DNA from: an uncultured Candidatus Kuenenia sp.
Lineage (GTDB): Bacteria; Planctomycetota; Planctomycetia; Pirellulales; UBA1268
Reading direction: 5' to 3'
Assembly (NCBI GenBank): GCA_964477765.1
Contig: CAYZFV010000166.1
Span: 1-43,169 of the forward strand
Length of the DNA stretch: 43,169 nucleotides
In this document: one piece after another, positions 17,572 through 24,587 of the stretch
How positions within the stretch are numbered: the first letter of the stretch is position 1
Layout of the letters: every line of letters begins with the position of its first letter
Notes under the pieces: generated by a model
Told to the model about the DNA's origin: nothing
The model's input: the letters and a program-made list of their open reading frames with translations, nothing else
Databases searched by the model: none
Program-made: the position numbers and the translations under genes

Positions 17572-18022
17572 CTACGGCCGGCGAAAGATCGTGGAGAGCG
17601 GGAGGGAAAACCCGGGCAGCGCATTTGAGTGAAGGGTGGCATCGGCGGCAAAGGTCGCCGATCCGGCGTCCGGCCCGCTGTCTCGCTGCGGTCGGTAGAT
17701 CGTTACCATCTGTCAGGCAACGATCCATTTCGGCGAGCCGGTTCATCGCCACAAACGCCACATCAGCGGCCCGCACGGTGTCGGGGGCCCGTCGCAACAG
17801 AAAGCCGGTCTCGGCGGCTACCACCACCCCGAGTCGCCGTGGCTCGGCATGGGTCTGGATCGCAGCTGCGATTCGCTGCGCGATCAGTCCGTGTTCGAAG
17901 CCGGCCGGCGACATCATCACAAGCCGCCCCGCCACCAGCTCGCAGCGGCCAAGATCGCCCGCAGCGAGAAGCTCTTCGGCCGTGGCAATCGCAACTGGAA
18001 ATGAAGGATCGATCGTTGCCAT
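17572..18022 (-). pseudogene. Degraded Uma2 (DUF820) endonuclease gene
   Basis: The N-terminal ~105 aa look Uma2-like (ELVAGRLVMMSPAGFEHG, RAADVAFV). The track ORF then becomes junk and overlaps the NusG-like gene. A +1-shifted frame yields a typical Uma2 C-terminus, LHSNALPGFSLPLSTIFRRP, stopping at 17572. The central EVxS catalytic block appears to be missing. Confidence 0.5.
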
Positions 18023-18246
18023 GAGAGCATCTTACGGCCACCCGAGAAGGGCACAAACGCCACACCCAAAAGTGTGCGCATGTACATGCTGTTGTCAAGC
18101 GGGCAGATTGTTGGGGCCAACTGCGTCCTGCCGGCTTGATGTGGCGTAGGCTTCAGCACGCAAATTATCCCCCGGAGCAAACCGGCCCGCTGTAATCCCC
18201 TCCCGTCTCGGATTTCTGCTCCGGACTTCCACAGTGGACTTGAGGC

Positions 18247-18666
18247 ATGGTTCATCTGGCCGAGCTTCCTCTTGCCGACCTCGATCGGGCAGCGATTGCC
18301 GCTGCCGTCACGGCGATCCGTGCGGAGTGGCCGGTAGAAAGGGTCATTCTCTTCGGGTCGAAGGCCCGGGGTGACAACGAACCCGACAGTGACATTGACC
18401 TTGTTGTGATCACCGCCACCGAGCTCGATCGCCCCGCGGAAGACACGATGATGGAGGCGGCCTGGCAGGCGGGCGATCTGCATGGCCGCTGGATTCAATT
18501 GGTCGTGCGGTCGCATGAGCGATGGTATCACGGCATTGACCAGGCAACCCCGTTGCGGCTGCAGGTCAATCAAGACGGGATCGAGGTGTTTCCTGATGAC
18601 CGGGGAAGAGGCGCGGCATCGCACGGTGGCTGCCGGGGTGGCGCTTTGCAACGAGTGCCTGGCTGA
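18247..18666 (+). CDS. Minimal nucleotidyltransferase (MNT), putative antitoxin of an MNT/HEPN pair
   Basis: LFGSKARGDNEPDSDIDLVVI matches the GSxxRGx(n)DxD motif. Confidence 0.8.
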   Translation: MVHLAELPLADLDRAAIAAAVTAIRAEWPVERVILFGSKARGDNEPDSDIDLVVITATELDRPAEDTMMEAAWQAGDLHGRWIQLVVRSHERWYHGIDQATPLRLQVNQDGIEVFPDDRGRGAASHGGCRGGALQRVPG

Positions 18667-18988
18667 AGCAGCTTTTGCCTTACAGGGCGGTTTTCATCGC
18701 CTGGTGCGCTCGCGGGCATACTACGCCTGTTTTCAAGCAGCCACTGCCGTCTTCGCGGCCCGTGGCGGAACGTTCCGCCGGCATTCGGGCCTTCTGGCCG
18801 CGCTCGATCGAGACTTCATCAAAACAGACCGCGTGCCGCCAGAGTGCGGATCGTTGTTGCGGTCGCTCTTTCAATCGCGTCTTCGCTCGGATTACGGAGA
18901 CGTGTCGCCGGTCTCCGCGGCGGATGCCGAGGCGGCCCTCGCAAGCGCCCAAAAAATCGTGGCATGGCTCCTCCCGCTTGCCGAGTGA
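18596..18988 (+). CDS. HEPN-domain protein, putative toxin of the MNT/HEPN pair
   Basis: A start at the ATG at 18596 (MTGEEARHR) overlaps the MNT 3' end. The protein is helical, with SRAYYACFQAA and RLRSDYGD motifs. Confidence 0.65.
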   Translation: MTGEEARHRTVAAGVALCNECLAEAAFALQGGFHRLVRSRAYYACFQAATAVFAARGGTFRRHSGLLAALDRDFIKTDRVPPECGSLLRSLFQSRLRSDYGDVSPVSAADAEAALASAQKIVAWLLPLAE

Positions 18989-19037
18989 TACCAGCAGGTT
19001 CGCACTGACACGTGAAACACATCCGGCGCGTGAGGGG

Positions 19038-19072
19038 GCCGTGTCGTCGGTGCTGCCGTCGTTGTCGAAGAG
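19038..19072 (-). pseudogene. 35-nt remnant (D) of the GT2 gene 24588-25571
   Basis: GCCGTGTCGTCGGTGCTGCCGTCGTTGTCGAAGAG matches 25387-25421 at 32/35 positions, with the first 25 nt exact. It corresponds to the FVDDGSTDDT box. Confidence 0.7.
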
Positions 19073-19093
19073 TTCCATTGACAATCCGGTGGA

Positions 19094-19336
19094 TCATCCT
19101 GCTTCACCGAGACGATGCCGCTCACGGAACTCGCTGATGAATTCGGCTAGGCTTCGGCCTTCTTGCCGCCGGGCATCGTGCAATGAGGCGCGGATGGCCG
19201 CGGCATCATCCGCGGAAGGGTGCGACGCTCGCCATTCGTCCACCAACTCCTCGAGGCTCGTCGTGTCGCGTGAGTGGCGGAGTCTTTCTGCGGCAAAGAC
19301 CGCAAATTGGCGAATCTCTTCTTCGGTCGCAGGCAT
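19094..19336 (-). CDS. Small antitoxin-like protein with no adjacent toxin
   Basis: 80-aa helical protein MPATEEEIRQFAVFAAERL...SLEELVDEWRASHP...GRSLAEFISEFRERH. It resembles small antitoxin partners of RelE/ParE toxins; the family assignment is uncertain. Confidence 0.4.
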   Translation of the reverse strand: MPATEEEIRQFAVFAAERLRHSRDTTSLEELVDEWRASHPSADDAAAIRASLHDARRQEGRSLAEFISEFRERHRLGEAG

Positions 19337-19551
19337 TTTAAAAACTCCTCTATCCAACGCGGTCTTCGCCCAATGGGTTCGATGCTTCCAGGCCGTTTCG
19401 ATGGGGAAAATCGATTTCCTCAGAAACGATACGTGCGTTCACGTATACGGGCCCGCCGCTGCCTGTCAAGCGGGAGGAACGTCTGCTCACCAGGGGACCG
19501 ATATCGGCCGCCGGGCGGCATCGTCAAACCGGCCCGACACAATAGGGGAAC

Positions 19552-20094
19552 CCGCGAGTAGCTGCAGCGGGCCGGGGCCTCGAATTCGATCGTCGTCCGC
19601 TTGAAGCCCATCCAGTCGATCAGACCGCGGAAAAGGCGGTTCCGTTCGGTGAACTGCTTGAGGGCGTCCACCACTTTTCGGTCGAGGAGGCGGAAGTCGG
19701 TGGTGCCCGGCTCCATCTTGAATTCCGAGATCGAGTTGAGCAGAGCATAGAAGAGCCGGGAGCCGAGGCGGCGGGCGAAGGGCTGCTCGTCGATTTTCAC
19801 CCGCCGCGTCGACACCACCTCGTAGCCTTGCTGCCATTTGGCGAGAAGCTCAGGGATGTAGCGGGGCGGGTGCTGGAGGTCGGCATCCATGATGATCGCG
19901 GCGGCGCACTCGAGGGCCTGGAGGCCGGCGGTGAGGGCCATCTCCTTGCCAAAGTTGCGGGAGAGTTCGATCACGCCGATCCGCGGGTCGGCAGCGGCTG
20001 CCTGCTCGAGGAGGGCGGCCGTGTCGTCGCTGCTGCCGTCGTCGACGAAGAGAATCGTGAAGTCGTAGTCAGGGAGCCCCGCGAGCGTGGCGGA
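19552..20094 (-). pseudogene. Partial copy (C) of the GT2 gene, codons ~36-227
   Basis: Roughly 93% nucleotide identity by eye to 24899-25464. It lacks the 5' end, and an 18-bp in-frame deletion removes HAGTAR. Homology is lost left of 19552; the track ORF 19420-20112 has junk termini. Confidence 0.85.
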
Positions 20095-20208
20095 AAGGGG
20101 ATTCGTCCACATGCACCGTAGACCGTATGCTTTTGATTCGACGGCCAGTGGTAGCGAACGGCGGCGTTAGAATCCGCTCCGGTCGCCTCAGTCTTGGTTT
20201 TTCGCACC

Positions 20209-20466
20209 ATGCCCGAAGTATCTCGTTTTTTTGGGATTGTCATCGGCATTTTTCCGCGCGAGCATCCTCCGGCTCATTTTCATGCCGTCTACGGCGATTA
20301 CCAAGTCACGGTCGATATTGAGTCAGGAGAGGTTACGGGCGAATTTCCCCGACGTGCTCTGCGACTTGTGGAAGAGTGGCGATCGCTTCATCAGGCAAAA
20401 CTCCTGGAAAACTGGAATCTGTTGCAGGCTGGTCGCCCGGCTATCAAAATAGAACCGTTGGAGTGA
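20209..20466 (+). CDS. DUF4160-family protein
   Basis: MPEVSRFFGIVIGIFPREHPPAHFHAVYG is the DUF4160 signature (HxPPHFHa). The track ORF starts at a TTG at 20194. Confidence 0.8.
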   Translation: MPEVSRFFGIVIGIFPREHPPAHFHAVYGDYQVTVDIESGEVTGEFPRRALRLVEEWRSLHQAKLLENWNLLQAGRPAIKIEPLE

Positions 20467-20470
20467 TCAC

Positions 20471-20716
20471 ATGATTCCAAAAGTCGTTGCAGCCCACCAC
20501 GTTGCCGGGCACGTCATTCATCTTCGCTTCGCCGATGGCACGGAGGGCGACATTGATCTCGGCCCCGAACTCTACGGCGACCTTTTTGAGCCGCTCAGGG
20601 ACGGTGCGCTTTTCGCACAATTCGCGATTCATCCAGAGTTCCACACGCTCTGCTGGCCCAACGGCGCCGATCTAGCCCCCGAGTTTCTCTACGAGAAAAC
20701 GCGGGTAGCCGCCTGA
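20471..20716 (+). CDS. DUF2442-family protein
   Basis: HLRFADGTEGDIDL...LFEPLRD...FAQFAIHPEFHTLCWPNGADLAPEFLY is a typical DUF2442 pattern. It sits immediately downstream of the DUF4160 gene. Confidence 0.8.
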   Translation: MIPKVVAAHHVAGHVIHLRFADGTEGDIDLGPELYGDLFEPLRDGALFAQFAIHPEFHTLCWPNGADLAPEFLYEKTRVAA

Positions 20717-20741
20717 TGTGGCTTCCCGTGCCGACAGCAGG

Positions 20742-20817
20742 AAGCACCGGGCGCGAGCCTGGTGGCTGCAGCCGCGTTGGCTGGTGCCGTAGCCCGCGGG
20801 CTGGCGCCCTACGGCTT
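20742..20817. repeat. REP pair (A+ 20742-20771, B-variant in reverse 20786-20817)
   Basis: AAGCACCGGGCGCGAGCCTGGTGGCTGCAG and GCCGTAGCCCGCGGGCTGGCGCCCTACGGCTT. Both are collinear with the pair at 24496-24572. Confidence 0.85.
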
Positions 20818-20833
20818 CCTGCGGACCGCGGCC

Positions 20834-21309
20834 TTACGGCGCGCGGTCGCCCGGGCCGAGGTGCTTGCGCACCAGGTACAGCGGCCGGCCGATCACTTCT
20901 GTATGGATATGGCCGATGGAGAGGGCCACGAGCCCGATGCCGCCGAGCACGATCCCATTCATGATCACATTGCTCACGATCACAAAGGCGATCGGGGAAA
21001 ACCCGAATGCGTTGCTGCCCAGCTTGTCATACGCCATAAACGCGAACAGCCCACCAAACACCACGATCACAAAAAACCCGATGTAGCCGGCAAGCTTGAG
21101 CGGCACGAGCGAAAAGACCATGAAGCTGTTGAGGGCCAGCCGGAAGAGCCGCAAGCCAGCCCGACGGGCAAATGGCTGCTCGTCGATCTTCACCCGCCGC
21201 GTCGGCACCACCTCATAGCCTTGCTGCCACTTCGCGAGGAGCTCAGGGATATATCGGGGGGGCGCTGGAGCTCGGCATCCATGATGATGAAGGCATCGCA
21301 CTCGAGGGC
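20834..21309 (-). pseudogene. Partial copy (B) of the GT2 gene: 3' end fused to an internal segment
   Basis: It aligns to 24588-~24900 and then jumps to ~25128-25290. The 222-bp gap is bounded in the intact gene by two copies of GAAGAGCCGCGA. There is no 5' end. Confidence 0.85.
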
Positions 21310-21350
21310 ATGTCGTTGAGAAATTCTTCCATTCATGATACCATAATGGA

Positions 21351-21617
21351 ATGAAAATTACCATTGATGCAGCCGGGCGGCTCGTCGTGCCAAAGTCGCT
21401 GCGCGACCAGTTTCATCTCGCGCCGGGAAGCGAGCTTGAGATCGAACCCACGAGCGACGGCGTGATCATCCGTCCCGCCGACCGGGGGCCGTCGCTGGTC
21501 AGTCGCGAGGGCGTGCTCGTCCACCATGGGCCGCAGACCGCCGTCATCGACATTGCTGCATTCGTGCGGCAGGAGCGCGAGATGCGGGCTCAACGCGTCG
21601 GTCGGCAGCAACGATGA
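21351..21617 (+). CDS. vapB: AbrB/MazE/SpoVT-fold antitoxin
   Basis: MKITIDAAGRLVVPKSLRDQFHL motif. ATGA overlap with the downstream PIN gene. Confidence 0.85.
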   Translation: MKITIDAAGRLVVPKSLRDQFHLAPGSELEIEPTSDGVIIRPADRGPSLVSREGVLVHHGPQTAVIDIAAFVRQEREMRAQRVGRQQR

Positions 21618-22054
21618 AGGTGTTTTTTGACACTTCCGCGCTGGTGACGGCGGTCGTAGACCATTTGCCCAATCACAAGACGGCGCTCGCATGCTACATG
21701 CGTTTCGTCCAGCCGCGCCGCAGCGGGTTGAAGGCCGTCTGCTCGACCCACGCGCTCGCCGAGTGCTATGCAACGCTCACGGCGATGCCGTTGGCCCGCC
21801 GAATCCAGCCGGCCGAGGCAGCCCGGCTGATCGAGGAAAATTTTCTCGAGCACCTCGAAGTCGTGTCGCCCTCGGCCGCCGACTACAAGGCGGCCTTGGC
21901 TCGGGTGGCGACTCTTGGACTCCGGAGTGGAGCCGTCTATGACGCCTTGCATGTCCGTTGCGCCGAGCGATCTCACTGCGATCGGATTGTCACATACAAC
22001 ACGGCCGACTTCGACCGGTTAGCGCCGCCCGGCATCGAGATCGCGACCCCCTGA
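21614..22054 (+). CDS. vapC: PIN-domain ribonuclease toxin
   Basis: MKVFFDTSALV, YDALH and TYNTADF place the acidic residues in PIN order. Confidence 0.85.
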   Translation: MKVFFDTSALVTAVVDHLPNHKTALACYMRFVQPRRSGLKAVCSTHALAECYATLTAMPLARRIQPAEAARLIEENFLEHLEVVSPSAADYKAALARVATLGLRSGAVYDALHVRCAERSHCDRIVTYNTADFDRLAPPGIEIATP

Positions 22055-22081
22055 TGAATGCTCGGCGAACAGATCGTTTTC

Positions 22082-22147
22082 GCGTTGCGCCCTGCGGCTT
22101 CCTGGATCCTCCCCAAAAAGCACCGGGCGCGAACCCGGTGGCTGCAG
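22082..22147. repeat. REP half-unit (family B) plus full family-A unit (22118-22147)
   Basis: GCGTTGCGCCCTGCGGCTT is followed by AAGCACCGGGCGCGAACCCGGTGGCTGCAG. Confidence 0.8.
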
Positions 22148-22174
22148 CAGCGCTTCTGCGCAAGGCATGTCAGC

Positions 22175-22372
22175 TTGGCCGCGGCCACTGGCGCCCTCGA
22201 CGACGCCACGGAGAAGGCCCTCATGGAGACGCTGGCCGGCCTGTCCCGCGAGTTAACGATCATCCTGATCGCCCACCGGCTTTCGACCACGGCCTACGGT
22301 GATCGCACGATCACGGTGGCCGACGGGGCCTTGCGGGAGAGCCGCTCCGTCGCGACGATCGAGGCGGGGTGA
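22175..22372 (+). pseudogene. 3' remnant of an ABC-transporter ATPase gene
   Basis: ATGALDDATEKALMETLAGLSRELTIILIAHRLSTTAYGDRTITVADGAL covers the D-loop/H-loop region downstream of Walker B. Walker A, the signature motif and the TMD are all absent. The upstream part of the track ORF is translated REP. Confidence 0.75.
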
Positions 22373-22542
22373 GGAAGAGGGCGATTGCTCTCACGGAGTG
22401 CCGCGATGATTGTTCCTGCCGGGCCGTCAGAAGTACGATGGAGGCATGGCCATCGAGATCCAACTCCCGATACGCGCGAACCTGGCCCCGCTCTTCTGGG
22501 TCACCGACCCGAGTGCCCTCGACACCGAGGCACACCGCGACT

Positions 22543-22818
22543 TCATGAGGCCACGTCGGACTTGGGGGAGACCGCGGCCACCTCAACCCGGCTGGCTTTT
22601 TCGTCAACTGCGTAGAGAACCCGCAGACACCCTCGCGCCATAAACATAAAGTAGAGTCCTTCGTGCAAGGCAAAGCCCTTTTGGAGAGGCGATCGCGACA
22701 ACACTTCATCGATGGTCGATACGCATTTCGTGATCGATGAGCGGTCAGGTGAGCGAAGCCAAATGGATGACAGTTGATTGATCGCTTCTTTGGTCCACAC
22801 GACCGAACACGGCTTCAT
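22543..22818 (-). CDS. ParE/RelE-superfamily toxin
   Basis: VVWTKEAINQLSSIW...GCLRVLYAVDEKASRVEVAAV. ATGA overlap with the upstream small gene. Confidence 0.7.
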   Translation of the reverse strand: MKPCSVVWTKEAINQLSSIWLRSPDRSSITKCVSTIDEVLSRSPLQKGFALHEGLYFMFMARGCLRVLYAVDEKASRVEVAAVSPKSDVAS

Positions 22819-23033
22819 GATCGTGACAGTTTGTCGAGATGAGCGAGCAGTTCAGCCGTGGTCATTCGTTGGCTCGTGTCGGCCAGGGCGACGCTCGCCC
22901 GGCGGATATCGTCCGGCGAAAAACCGGGGACGAGCGTACCGAGCACGACACCTTGGCGGTCACGAAGTTCTACCGGTGCGGCAGCACTGACGATTTGCGA
23001 GACCTGAGAGTCGTCAAGAATAACGGTGACCAT
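22815..23033 (-). CDS. Putative antitoxin of the ParE/RelE-like toxin
   Basis: 72-aa protein from the ATG at 23033 (MVTVILDD...). It is translationally coupled to the toxin. The family was not recognised. Confidence 0.5.
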   Translation of the reverse strand: MVTVILDDSQVSQIVSAAAPVELRDRQGVVLGTLVPGFSPDDIRRASVALADTSQRMTTAELLAHLDKLSRS

Positions 23034-23201
23034 GGTGAGATCCCGACGGACGGTGAGAGACAAACACAGCCAAACGGAACCTTTATTCAGTCCATAAGGC
23101 GGCCCGGTACCGTCGAGCAGGCTGCCGCGGCCGGAGTGCCGATGATCGCCGAGAGCCCCTCAGGGAGTTGCCGGATGTGTGCCTAAAAGGCATACTCCGG
23201 T

Positions 23202-23486
23202 ATGCGGTTCGAATGGAAGCCCGAGAAAAATGCCTGGTTGCGAAAGCACCGTCGGATCTCCTTCGACAAGATCGTGGTGCATCTCGGCCGGGGCGACGTC
23301 TGGAAGACAAGTCCGCATCCGAATCGCAGGAAGTATCCGCAACAATCGATTGCCTTTGTCATCGTCGATGAATACGTTTTTCTGGTGCCGTTCGACGTTG
23401 TGGGGGACGTGATCCACCTGCGGACCATCATTCCCAGCCGCAAGGCAACGCGACAATACCTGCACGAGAATAGGAGCCGGTTATGA
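23202..23486 (+). CDS. brnT: BrnT-like (DUF497) toxin
   Basis: MRFEWKPEKNAWLRKHRRISFDKIV...IHLRTIIPSRKATRQ. Confidence 0.65.
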   Translation: MRFEWKPEKNAWLRKHRRISFDKIVVHLGRGDVWKTSPHPNRRKYPQQSIAFVIVDEYVFLVPFDVVGDVIHLRTIIPSRKATRQYLHENRSRL

Positions 23487-23773
23487 AACGAGCGACGTCT
23501 CGGCTGAATCAACACGAAAAAGAAATCGTCGCGGCATTCAACCGCGACGAGATGGTTCTTCATGACCCGACGCCGGCACTCCTGGCGCGGTTTGCTCAAG
23601 CGGCCGAAAATACCATCCGCAAGGACAGGCGGATCAACATTCGGCTGTCCGATCACGACCTCGCCGGCATCCAGCGGAAGGCGGCCGAGCAGGGCATCCC
23701 GTATCAGACCCTGATCTCGGGCTTGATTCACCAGTTTGTCGAAGGGCAGATCGCCATCCGCTCGGACGGATAG
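23483..23773 (+). CDS. brnA: BrnA-like RHH antitoxin
   Basis: RINIRLSDHDLAGIQRKAAEQGIPYQTLISGLIHQF. ATGA overlap with the brnT-like gene. Confidence 0.7.
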   Translation: MKRATSRLNQHEKEIVAAFNRDEMVLHDPTPALLARFAQAAENTIRKDRRINIRLSDHDLAGIQRKAAEQGIPYQTLISGLIHQFVEGQIAIRSDG

Positions 23774-23875
23774 CCGAGGTAGGCGGGCAGGTTGGCCGCA
23801 CACCGCTGCCGGTCAAGCGAGCGGTTCGCGCGGGCGGAGTTGGCATCGGCTTCCGTGCCGGATTTCAGCCCTGGA

Positions 23876-24127
23876 TCAGGAACCGTGCTGCCAGAGTTCG
23901 TATTCGCTAATGTCGATCCGCTCATTCCATGCGACCGCATACCCGCCCGGTTCGACGTGGACCTTTCGAAACAATCCCACATCGCAGAGTGGCTGAAAGA
24001 GAGGGATCTTCAGAAGCGGTTTCACGTCGTACTGCTTCACCGCGCCGTTGGCAAAGGAGACCTTGAGGACATGATCCGCAATCGCTTCGACCGCAACCAC
24101 TCGCGGCGGCCGTGCGATTTCGCTCAC
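23876..24127 (-). CDS. DUF2442-family protein (second copy)
   Basis: VLKVSFANGAVKQYDVKPLL...FQPLCDVGLFRKVHVEPGGYAVAWNERIDISEYELW. A GTG at 24127 gives a GTGA overlap with the DUF4160 stop. The track ORF begins at 24202. Confidence 0.75.
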   Translation of the reverse strand: MSEIARPPRVVAVEAIADHVLKVSFANGAVKQYDVKPLLKIPLFQPLCDVGLFRKVHVEPGGYAVAWNERIDISEYELWQHGS

Positions 24128-24372
24128 TCCAACGGAGGCAGTTCGACAAACTCCTGCGTGTCCCAGATCTGCAGAAGTGCTGCTTGATTCAGGTTCGCCC
24201 ATTCGTTCACCAGCCTCTCAGCCGTTTTGGGGAGACTTCCCTCGGTGACTTTCAACGACCTCATATCATACACGGCTCGATGTTCGGCATACTCCGCATG
24301 AAAATGCGGCGGCGGGTGATCACGAAAAAAGACCTTGATCACGATCCCGTAAAATCTCACGATTTCTGGCAT
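24124..24372 (-). CDS. DUF4160-family protein (second copy)
   Basis: MPEIVRFYGIVIKVFFRDHPPPHFHAEYA. Confidence 0.8.
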   Translation of the reverse strand: MPEIVRFYGIVIKVFFRDHPPPHFHAEYAEHRAVYDMRSLKVTEGSLPKTAERLVNEWANLNQAALLQIWDTQEFVELPPLE

Positions 24373-24495
24373 GTTTTCCCTCGGGCGCCATCCAGCAGGC
24401 CTCGCTTGGAGAGTTTGGTCCTGTGTGTATACGCACGTTCCTCTTATGCCCGTCGGGTTCCGGGCTCAAGCCCTGCGGCTCCCTGCTCCCCCAAA

Positions 24496-24572
24496 AAGCA
24501 CCGGGCGCGAGCCTGGTGGCTGCAGCAGCGCTGGCTGGTGCGGTATCCCGCGGGCTGGCGCCCTGCGGCTTT
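24496..24572. repeat. REP pair (A+ 24496-24525, B-variant in reverse 24541-24572)
   Basis: AAGCACCGGGCGCGAGCCTGGTGGCTGCAG and CGGTATCCCGCGGGCTGGCGCCCTGCGGCTTT lie just downstream of the intact GT2 stop. Confidence 0.85.
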
Positions 24573-24587
24573 CTGGGGTCCGCGGCT

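Noticed and set aside
19420-20112. Track ORF 19420-20112 as a functional, shorter GT2 paralog.
   Set aside because: It lacks the N-terminal NE(A) Rossmann strand region and both C-terminal TM helices. Its termini (MWTNPLS..., ...CSYSRVPLLCRAGLTMPPGG...) show no homology to the intact gene. It is best read as a remnant.
22410-22643. A 77-aa plus-strand ORF (MAIEIQLPIRANLAPLFWVTDPSALD...) between the ABC remnant and the ParE-like gene.
   Set aside because: No family was recognised. It overlaps the ParE-like 3' end by 100 nt and its second half is Arg/Pro-rich junk. It may be a relic of another degraded gene, but the call cannot be supported.
23180-23192. A small inverted repeat, TGCCT-AAA-AGGCA, 10 nt upstream of the brnT-like start, as a BrnA operator.
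   Set aside because: The arms are only 5 bp, well within chance expectation, and there is no supporting repeat.
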